Shown here in pieces: positions 23,107-29,664 of a DNA stretch of 29,664 nucleotides; position 1 is the first letter of the stretch; the number at the start of each line of letters is the position of its first letter. The position numbers and the translations under genes were made by a program. The stretch comes from a virus (taxonomy: Duplodnaviria; Caudoviricetes). The notes beneath the pieces were generated by a model. It did not search any database and was not told where the DNA came from. It saw only the letters and a program-made list of their open reading frames with translations. Location of the stretch: the IMG/VR virus record IMGVR_UViG_3300049011_000005, positions 1-29,664 of that record. One strand, written 5' to 3'.

Positions 23107-25224
23107 CTACATCACCGGCTGAGCGCCTATCTGCGCAGCCTCTGCTAGAGTCTTAATCTCTTGTGCATTCTTCAATCCGGCATCAGCCTGATTTCTCTCA
23201 GCTTCAGATTCCAACTTAGCAACTTGCACTGCGAGATTGTCGTTACCTTCTTTCAGTTTGCGCTGCAGCTCTTGCTGGTCTAGCTGCAACTTCATCTTGT
23301 TAATCTCAAGCTCTGCCATCTTGATTTCATGCTGCTTGGTCAGTAGGTCGTTATTCTGCTGCTGTAGCTGCATATTCATCTGCTCTACCTGCAGCCGCTC
23401 TTGCTCCATTGCCATCATTTGCGGGTCTTGCTGAGGCTGCTGCAGAAGCTTCGGCAATAGCTCTGTTTCGCCAATGGTATTCAATACGCGCTCAGCAATA
23501 GCAATCTTGGCAGGCGATGGAGCGTCAAAGATTGGTAACAGCTCAAGCAGCACCGTTGCCGTCTGCATCTGCTGCATCTGACTTGACTTGCTTGCGTCTG
23601 CTGTTGGCTCGATGTCATAGCCTTGGCGCGTGAAGTCTTGCTGATAGTCAGCTTGCGGGTCATCTAAAACCTGCTGATACAGCTGCGGGTCAGTGTACTT
23701 AGCGTTAAGGTCAAACATTTTGCTGAACTCTTCCGACATCGACCGAAGCACTCTACCAATCAGAGTGGTGGTTGGCATCATCTTCTCTTGCAGAATACCA
23801 AGCGTTGTCGCTGCAGGGGCGTTTGGTGCAATCGTGCCCTCAAGGTTGACAATGGCGGTCATGTTGCGAGCTTCCGCCTTGGTCATTTCGTTTAACTGCA
23901 TCAAACCCGCAGACGGCTCTCTGAATTGGTTAAACAACAGGCCGTTTTTCAGCACGTCTGCAGACACATCAACTTGTGTAATTTCGCCAGGCTTCATGCG
24001 CATAGGCGTTTTGTTTTGGCGGAACTCTTTTGACTTGTAGCCAGATGGAAGGTTGGCCAAAGAGCCAGCATCAATCAGTTGGTTTGTGGTTGTGTTGATA
24101 AGCTCTGACTGCGAAGCTAGTAAATGGCAATAGCCCCAATTGAGGAAAGTGCCATCAGGCGCAACGACGAATCCGTATTTAGTGATTAATCCGGTCGGCT
24201 TGATTTTGACAATCTGCATCTTGCCGTAAACGGCATCATCGACTTCAGACATCAGTTTGTCTTCAGTCATCACTTCGGCAGCTTCTGGCTGCATCTGAAG
24301 CACTTCCTGCAGCTTCTCTTGTGCCACTTGCTGTTTAATCTGCGGCTCAATCTGATTCAGCGGCGCAACAACACCGTCCTGAACTTTAACCAAGATTGAT
24401 GACTTATCAAAGCGCGCAACGATACGTGCAACCATGCCGGACTGCTTGTGTACTGTTACAATGTAAGGCTCTGCGTACCCGTCATCATCTAAGTCAATAG
24501 ATGTGCATTGCTCAATGAAGTTATCAGTGATTTCCTGCTTGCCAGCTTCATCGCCATCTTCATTGTCTTTGTCGTCGTCATTCTGCTTGTAGTCTTGGTC
24601 AATCCAAATTCCCGCCCGAATTCGCTCCTCTATCTCGTTGTCCGTGTAGTTTTTGCACTCAGTAAACCGAGTCATTGCAGACATCGACTTTTCATTCTGG
24701 TTGACGGCAAAGTTAGGGTAAAAGATTGGGTAGCTGACGTTCTTCCCTTCAGTCGGGTCGAAGAATGTTTTCTTGAAGAATGCACCGCAAGCAGCTAATG
24801 CATACAGCGCCTGCTCTTGCTCATCGCGCCACTCTTTCATCTCATAGTTGAACTGCCAGTTCATAAACTTGGCGACGCGAGTCATGCGCATGTTCTTTTC
24901 TTCTGACTCGACACCGGTCAAGCATCCTTTAACTAATGCTTTCTCGGATAGAATCTCGCTCGCCACACGGTCACCAAAGCTGATTACAGCTTCGTAAATC
25001 AAGCTGGATTTGTAGTTGCTCGCACCGTCCCACGGGAACGACTTAGGAGCATCAGCAGGCTTTGCAATGCGCATTCCGCGATCAACAGCCTTGGACCAAT
25101 CAGACATTGAGTCACGGTCTTTGCCGTAGTCCTCGCAGACTTTCTCGCCGATTTTCTTTAGTCGGTCAGCGCTGATGCTCTCAGCAATATTTGGATTGTC
25201 GATGTAAGATAGTAACTGGCGCAT
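23107..25224 (-). CDS. portal protein (podovirus type, long C-terminal barrel helix)
   Basis: 705 aa directly after TerL; KSFPWDGASN, G.FFKKTFFD, NQLIDAGSLANLPSG; Q-rich coiled-coil C-terminus. Confidence 0.9.
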   Translation of the reverse strand: MRQLLSYIDNPNIAESISADRLKKIGEKVCEDYGKDRDSMSDWSKAVDRGMRIAKPADAPKSFPWDGASNYKSSLIYEAVISFGDRVASEILSEKALVKGCLTGVESEEKNMRMTRVAKFMNWQFNYEMKEWRDEQEQALYALAACGAFFKKTFFDPTEGKNVSYPIFYPNFAVNQNEKSMSAMTRFTECKNYTDNEIEERIRAGIWIDQDYKQNDDDKDNEDGDEAGKQEITDNFIEQCTSIDLDDDGYAEPYIVTVHKQSGMVARIVARFDKSSILVKVQDGVVAPLNQIEPQIKQQVAQEKLQEVLQMQPEAAEVMTEDKLMSEVDDAVYGKMQIVKIKPTGLITKYGFVVAPDGTFLNWGYCHLLASQSELINTTTNQLIDAGSLANLPSGYKSKEFRQNKTPMRMKPGEITQVDVSADVLKNGLLFNQFREPSAGLMQLNEMTKAEARNMTAIVNLEGTIAPNAPAATTLGILQEKMMPTTTLIGRVLRSMSEEFSKMFDLNAKYTDPQLYQQVLDDPQADYQQDFTRQGYDIEPTADASKSSQMQQMQTATVLLELLPIFDAPSPAKIAIAERVLNTIGETELLPKLLQQPQQDPQMMAMEQERLQVEQMNMQLQQQNNDLLTKQHEIKMAELEINKMKLQLDQQELQRKLKEGNDNLAVQVAKLESEAERNQADAGLKNAQEIKTLAEAAQIGAQPVM

Positions 25225-25250
25225 TTGTCAAGCCCTTTGGAGTTTTGGTT

Positions 25251-25279
25251 AGTATAGCGCAACGAGTGCTAGTAACCAA
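25251..25279 (-). promoter_or_regulatory. putative promoter for the portal gene
   Basis: TTGGTT-17 bp-TATACT; TGCGCTATACT is identical to the motif upstream of TerS. Confidence 0.55.
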
Positions 25280-26705
25280 GACTACCCGCATCACGCCGGT
25301 CATAGTCGTCTTCGTAGTGATATTGATTACTAATCGACCACTCTGATTCGGCGTATCTTCTGTGCATGTATGCGTATCGCACAGCGCTGATTAAGTCATC
25401 AGCTACCTTTACAATTTTTCCAGTTTCGTCCCGATGATACTGCATCAGCTCATCAAGTAGCTCTCCGTTACCCTCCATCACAATCAGCTTGCCAGTTTTA
25501 AATCTGTCGTACATCTCCATCAAGCCTTGTTCGACAGAGTTAGAGCCATCTGACCATGCCGAATGCGCGCTCAGCATGTTCCAACCGGCTTCTTCATAAT
25601 AAGCCTTCTGCGTCTTGCCTGAGCCTTTCTCTGTTTGCAGGCCATCATGCGGCCATGCTGTTGGATATTCTGCTGCCCACGATTTGACACGATGCCACAC
25701 CTCATACGGTTGCTGCTTCTGTGCTCGATATGTGTTTGCTATGTAGATAATGTCTTTGTCGTTATCAATCCATAACTGGCAGTGTGCTTGTGGGTGGTCC
25801 CAGCCGAAGTCCATGCCGTTGATGACAAGAAAGTGTTTTGGTCTTTCAAATCTGCGGCACATCGGGATTTTGACATCAAATATCAGACCAGAGCCAAGCA
25901 GGGGTAATCCCTTTGTGCGCATGTCTCGCTGCCACTCAGGGAAGCTCGCAAGGAGCTGCTCTTTGGTGTCTTCAGTTAAGTGCAGCGCGTCATCCCATGT
26001 TGCACGTTGCATGTACTGACCAACGCCAGGATTGTCCATAAACTGAATTACAAGCTCTGTGCGTCCGTTTTCTGGGGTAAACGTCAGAATGCCTCTGCCG
26101 CCTCTGCCTTGGTCGCCGGTTGCAGTCCGAGTTAATACTTGTGGGTAGATGGACTTGTCGCGTGGCTCTTCGTCGATGTGATACCAATCGACTGAGTCGC
26201 CCATCAGGGCATGGGCGCCCTGACTGTATGACCAAAACTGGCAAACAGACTCACCTCCGCTAATATGCTTAACCCTAACCTCTCTCATGGCTCCAGACGT
26301 GCCCTGCGCGGAGTAGTACCCGCATATCTTATCTTTGTGAATTAATCCACCAACAAAATCACCACTTTCCAGCCTCCCAAAAAGCGGCATCTGTAATAAG
26401 TCCCTAGTTTTTTCCATGGAAAAGCCAAGAAGCCATATTCTTGGTGCGGACTGAAACTTATGTCCAGCCCAGTCGCTTGGGTAGTCTCCAGTTAAATGGA
26501 AAGCGTCAACTGTCAGGCCAGTTCTCGTTTTTCCGACACGATTCGCGGCGATTAACATACTAGATCTATTATTTAACGTTGAGGAAATAAACTTCTTTTG
26601 CCAGTCATAAAGTGATTTATATTGATCCTTCAACTGATTCATTTCAGCTCTCCTTGCCCTCTCCTCAAGCAATCTAATTAGCTCTATCTTTTGACTTCTA
26701 TCCAT
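25269..26705 (-). CDS. terL: terminase large subunit (P22-like)
   Basis: Walker A AANRVGKT, Walker B WYHIDEEP, LTFTPENG, nuclease motifs GMDFGWDHP and DDLISAVRYA. Confidence 0.95.
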   Translation of the reverse strand: MDRSQKIELIRLLEERARRAEMNQLKDQYKSLYDWQKKFISSTLNNRSSMLIAANRVGKTRTGLTVDAFHLTGDYPSDWAGHKFQSAPRIWLLGFSMEKTRDLLQMPLFGRLESGDFVGGLIHKDKICGYYSAQGTSGAMREVRVKHISGGESVCQFWSYSQGAHALMGDSVDWYHIDEEPRDKSIYPQVLTRTATGDQGRGGRGILTFTPENGRTELVIQFMDNPGVGQYMQRATWDDALHLTEDTKEQLLASFPEWQRDMRTKGLPLLGSGLIFDVKIPMCRRFERPKHFLVINGMDFGWDHPQAHCQLWIDNDKDIIYIANTYRAQKQQPYEVWHRVKSWAAEYPTAWPHDGLQTEKGSGKTQKAYYEEAGWNMLSAHSAWSDGSNSVEQGLMEMYDRFKTGKLIVMEGNGELLDELMQYHRDETGKIVKVADDLISAVRYAYMHRRYAESEWSISNQYHYEDDYDRRDAGSLGY

Positions 26706-27183
26706 GGCGCTTTATCCTGCCGCTCAGTAATCCGCCAAGATATTTGCGATTTACGCCATATTCTAAAGCAACGTCTTTAATCAATCTGCCTGAATCGACC
26801 TTTTCAGCAGCCTCAGCTATTTGCTCAATAGTCATCTTGCAAACCCCGCCATCAACCCCGCAAACTCTTGTTGGCTTTAAACCTAGCTCACGAAATGCGT
26901 GCCTCCTGTTATCGGATGCACTAATCCATTCAAGATTGTCAACATGGTTGTTTTTCTTGTTGCCGTCTTTATGATTAACCTGCGGGAGATTTAGCGGGTT
27001 CGGAATGAACAACTCTGCAACTATCCTGTGCACGAAGAATCTTGGCTTGTGCTTGCCGTTGCATAACTGAACGCGCATATAGCCACAGTTATTCTCCTGC
27101 GGCTTTACTTGCCTGCCAGTATTTCTGTTAATAACTCGACCTGACCAGTCAATGTTGTAACCATAAAAATCTTTGTAAACCAT
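26698..27183 (-). CDS. HNH homing endonuclease
   Basis: GYMRVQL, VHRIVAELFIPNP.NLPQVNHKDGNKKNNHVDNLEW...DN..HA; C-terminal HTH. Confidence 0.92.
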   Translation of the reverse strand: MVYKDFYGYNIDWSGRVINRNTGRQVKPQENNCGYMRVQLCNGKHKPRFFVHRIVAELFIPNPLNLPQVNHKDGNKKNNHVDNLEWISASDNRRHAFRELGLKPTRVCGVDGGVCKMTIEQIAEAAEKVDSGRLIKDVALEYGVNRKYLGGLLSGRIKRHG

Positions 27184-27220
27184 GATAATTCTCCAAATGT
27201 GAAGATGTTAATTTGATGCG

Positions 27221-27604
27221 CTACTCACTCAGCTCTGCAATCTTGCGCTCTAACTCTTCGTCTGACATCTTGTTGATGTCGATAGAGCCGGAGTGTTCAA
27301 TCTCTTGCTTTTCTCGCCATTCATCAGGAGCCATGTTCTTAAGGCCAAAGATGCAAAGCGTAGCATTCCCGCCACCTTCAACTGCGTTTGTGCGACTTAC
27401 TTTCTCCCACCAAGTGGCGCACAAAGCCTTGCCTATTTTTACGGCTTCCGAAAATTCAGGGTTTGCAGCCATCCATTCGTTGATGGTTGAGCGCGAGCAC
27501 ATGACTGATGCTGCGAATGATGTGAGGCTTGCACCTTCTGCCATATGTTCAATGACAGCTTGGCAATACTTGGGGTCGTATGTGGTAGGTCTACCGCCTG
27601 GCAT
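27221..27604 (-). CDS. terS: terminase small subunit
   Basis: MPGGRPTTYDP, G.SL..FA.....RSTINEW...PEFSEA, F.LKN...EWREKQEIEHSG; upstream of TerL. Confidence 0.88.
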   Translation of the reverse strand: MPGGRPTTYDPKYCQAVIEHMAEGASLTSFAASVMCSRSTINEWMAANPEFSEAVKIGKALCATWWEKVSRTNAVEGGGNATLCIFGLKNMAPDEWREKQEIEHSGSIDINKMSDEELERKIAELSE

Positions 27605-27634
27605 GGTCTTTATCTCTGTGTTGTCTATGTGGTG

Positions 27635-27663
27635 AGTATAGCGCACAAAAAAGCCGCTGTTAA
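27635..27663 (-). promoter_or_regulatory. sigma70-like promoter for terminase genes
   Basis: TTAACA-17 bp-TATACT; the -35 lies in the loop of the upstream terminator. Confidence 0.65.
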
Positions 27664-27669
27664 GCGGCT
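27647..27669 (-). terminator. intrinsic terminator
   Basis: AGCCGCT-TAAC-AGCGGCT followed by TTTTT. Confidence 0.8.
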
Positions 27670-27878
27670 AATATCATCCTCTCAGTCAACCCGACAATCT
27701 CCTGCCTCTGCGCCGGAGTTGCTGCAATCAACCGCATCAGGCTGTCTTTTGTTTCGTCATCTGCGCCATCTAGCATCCTTGCCGCACACTGCACGATTGC
27801 GGCTTGTTGGTTTCGGTTATCTGCCATCGCTAGACGGCGGGCTAGTGCTATTGTGGTGGCTTGGCTGTTAGTGGTCAT
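27660..27878 (-). CDS. hypothetical protein (about 72 aa)
   Basis: ORF track; helical; overlaps the end of the upstream gene. Start uncertain. Confidence 0.6.
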   Translation of the reverse strand: MTTNSQATTIALARRLAMADNRNQQAAIVQCAARMLDGADDETKDSLMRLIAATPAQRQEIVGLTERMILAA

Positions 27879-28155
27879 TGTCACCACTCAACACAACAGA
27901 ACCCTCATCGCCAGTTTCTGCATCTCGCACAGTAATTGTCACTTCACCTTTGTCGTCATCAACCCATGTAAACGAGGTTGGCTCTTCAAATTTAATCAAG
28001 CCAGCATCTGCAAGCATCTTCATTGCTTCGCAAGCATCTGCGTGGTGAGTCATATACTCGTAAAGCTCACTACAAAACTTCTGCCACTTGTCGCGAGGAA
28101 TCTGTTTCATTGCCTCGGTCATTGTCGTGTTTGGTAAAACGTATTTGTTTGTCAT
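27868..28155 (-). CDS. hypothetical protein (95 aa)
   Basis: ORF track; AAGGAG upstream. Confidence 0.7.
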   Translation of the reverse strand: MTNKYVLPNTTMTEAMKQIPRDKWQKFCSELYEYMTHHADACEAMKMLADAGLIKFEEPTSFTWVDDDKGEVTITVRDAETGDEGSVVLSGDNDH

Positions 28156-28171
28156 CAGCTTCAGCGCTCCT

Positions 28172-28366
28172 TTAATTTAATTTTTTAGCTTCTGTCTTGC
28201 TAAATGCTTCGCTAAAATAGATAAACTCTGTGCATTTATCCGTTTTCTTAACAGTCACAAGCCTAATATCGACACATCCTGACTCTTCCATAGAAAAGTC
28301 ACCACAACCAATAGCAATAACTGAGCACTGGCTATCAGGTTTTTGTCCGATTATTCTAAATGTCAT
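28172..28366 (-). CDS. hypothetical protein (64 aa)
   Basis: ORF track; GGAGG upstream; ATGA coupling. Confidence 0.6.
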   Translation of the reverse strand: MTFRIIGQKPDSQCSVIAIGCGDFSMEESGCVDIRLVTVKKTDKCTEFIYFSEAFSKTEAKKLN

Positions 28367-28515
28367 TCCGTCAACCCCTCCAATTTCAAAAACTCCAACT
28401 CATCAGCCAGCTCGTTAATGTCATCTTTCAGTGGCTGCTCGGTAAACTCTGCTGCTTCTCGCAAGTGGTTGAGTGCTTGCGATAGACTAAAGATTGCGTG
28501 TGGTGATAGTTTCAT
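28363..28515 (-). CDS. hypothetical protein (50 aa)
   Basis: Read manually as MKLSPHAIFSLSQALNHLREAAEFTEQPLKDDINELADELEFLKLEGLTE; ATGA overlaps at both ends. Confidence 0.65.
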   Translation of the reverse strand: MKLSPHAIFSLSQALNHLREAAEFTEQPLKDDINELADELEFLKLEGLTE

Positions 28516-29093
28516 AAGTATCTGTTCCTTAGCGCATTAGCTACGCGCTCATCTGTTTGTAAATCAGCTAACTGGCAAGCGTATTCATGCTTACGTTTTC
28601 TCCATGCTAAATGTGCATCCTGAGGATTATTAAAGCACCCTATTTTCTCAACTTTCTTTTTAAATGGGTTGTTGCAATGCGCTCTAAATTTCCCTATTAA
28701 CTTCTCATAGTATACTCCGATAGGGTAATCACCTCTCGAAGCTCCGGCATCTATTATGAAGTTGTTTATTGAACAAGTTACAAATATACATGTGCTTGGT
28801 GAATACACCTTATTTCCATTAATGAGCAGATCTTTATCAAGCTGCTTACCTTGCCAGTCTTGCTTCTCCATCCAGCGCTTGAAATTGCTAAATAGATGCC
28901 ATTCGTCGCAAACAGATGCCTCTGCGTAAGTCCTTCTTTTGTTTTTGAGGTCTTTTGCATAGCATCTGAAAAGCATCCCTGACCATGTCTTATAGTAATG
29001 GCAGTTCACAACCTTGCCATTTACTGTTTTGCAAGTAGCTTCATCAGAGTCGTTTACACCAACTCCGCAAATCAAACTTCTCTTAAAAACCAT
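28512..29093 (-). CDS. HNH-like endonuclease with AP2-type DNA-binding domain
   Basis: GVGVND, Y.TW.GML.RCY, VCDEW..FSNF, QLDKDLL..GNKVYSP.TC.FV, PIGV....KFRA...IG.F....AH.AW. Confidence 0.8.
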   Translation of the reverse strand: MVFKRSLICGVGVNDSDEATCKTVNGKVVNCHYYKTWSGMLFRCYAKDLKNKRRTYAEASVCDEWHLFSNFKRWMEKQDWQGKQLDKDLLINGNKVYSPSTCIFVTCSINNFIIDAGASRGDYPIGVYYEKLIGKFRAHCNNPFKKKVEKIGCFNNPQDAHLAWRKRKHEYACQLADLQTDERVANALRNRYL

Positions 29094-29111
29094 AGTACAC
29101 CGCCAAAATTA

Positions 29112-29214
29112 AACCCCCGTTAGTTGATGCGGCCTGTAGCAAGGCTCCTAACGAGGGTTCAAAAGTTTGCTACCTGTTTATTGAGCTTTTGACTCTCAAT
29201 CAGTTGGTGCATCA
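29112..29214 (-). ncRNA. structured leader with C4-antisense-RNA-like architecture
   Basis: Stem 29112-29123/29148-29159 presents two single-stranded boxes whose complements lie at 29167-29173 and 29209-29214, flanking a second hairpin. Confidence 0.55.
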
Positions 29215-29230
29215 CTACCTTCCGATAAAG

Positions 29231-29398
29231 CTATTTTAGCACTGCTTCGTGCCACCTGTAAACATCGCCATGTTTAATCAACTCACCTGACTCAATCAGG
29301 CGTTTAGCAATCGCAAGGCTATTTGGACCCAGCACCGACAACCGCAAGCCGCCATGTGATTGGCTTAGTTTTTTAATGTTTTGGTGTAGGGATGTCAT
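29231..29398 (-). CDS. hypothetical protein (55 aa)
   Basis: Read manually as MTSLHQNIKKLSQSHGGLRLSVLGPNSLAIAKRLIESGELIKHGDVYRWHEAVLK; ATGA coupling to the upstream ORF. Confidence 0.6.
   Translation of the reverse strand: MTSLHQNIKKLSQSHGGLRLSVLGPNSLAIAKRLIESGELIKHGDVYRWHEAVLK
29233..29241 (-). promoter_or_regulatory. extended -10 promoter
   Basis: TG-C-TAAAAT immediately upstream of the structured leader. Confidence 0.5.
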
Positions 29399-29664
29399 TT
29401 TTCAGACTCCGCTATAATCTGCAAAATCCGCTCTACTTGACTCTTGTTAAAATTTTTCGCCCGAATGCATCTTAGCTTCCTGTCTAGCTCACCCCGAATT
29501 TCTACCAAGAGCCGGTGGTCGGCAAGAGCATCAAGAGACTCAAAAAACAAATATCCACTATTTCCCGCATAACCAGAATTTATAGCTTTTTGCGTTGCGC
29601 CAGTTTCAGGGCAGTAATTTGAAGGCTCGCCAATCTCGCCGCCATCAAAAACAAAAGACAAACC
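29395..29664 (-). CDS. hypothetical protein, 5'-truncated by the window edge
   Basis: The frame stays open to the window end. Confidence 0.6.
   Translation of the reverse strand, partial: GLSFVFDGGEIGEPSNYCPETGATQKAINSGYAGNSGYLFFESLDALADHRLLVEIRGELDRKLRCIRAKNFNKSQVERILQIIAESEK

Noticed and set aside
26698-27183. HNH as part of a group I intron or intein splitting the terminase
   Set aside because: terS and terL both look complete, and the HNH abuts them with no room for a ribozyme core.
1340-27871. Many plus-strand ORFs in the track lying opposite structural genes (e.g. 1882-2241, 2471-2836, 17803-18354, 19364-19696, 23693-24040, 27213-27635)
   Set aside because: Antisense shadows of well-supported minus-strand genes, with no recognisable RBS or motifs.
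29094-29230. tRNA gene in the structured intergenic region
   Set aside because: No cloverleaf with a TTC T-loop, acceptor stem and CCA could be built.

Overview
This window is almost entirely the late (virion morphogenesis and lysis) region of a short-tailed, podovirus-type dsDNA phage, encoded on the minus strand. Reading right to left: small ORFs and an HNH/AP2 endonuclease, terminase small subunit, a second HNH, terminase large subunit, portal, a three-gene antisense insert, a phage GroES, scaffold, major capsid protein, a head-decoration cluster, a peptide/membrane protein/holin-like triad, a tailspike, a P22-like gp4-gp10-gp26-gp14-gp7-gp20-gp16 tail and ejection block, a head-binding adaptor protein, an M15 endolysin and a 3TM holin. 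Small plus-strand ORFs converge from the left. No integrase, tRNA, rRNA or CRISPR was seen. The most notable observations are: (i) an unannotated 24-aa basic peptide gene coupled to a multi-TM protein and a holin-like protein; (ii) a gp7-like ejection protein built from 11-residue G/Q/N repeats and ending in a Peptidase S74 self-cleaving chaperone; (iii) a C4-like antisense/attenuator RNA architecture upstream of the HNH/AP2 gene; (iv) a split, possibly branched receptor-binding system; (v) a shared late-promoter motif; (vi) two adjacent antisense ORFs sharing a YDVYMCR N-terminus. All family calls come from motif recognition and synteny by eye; no searches were run.
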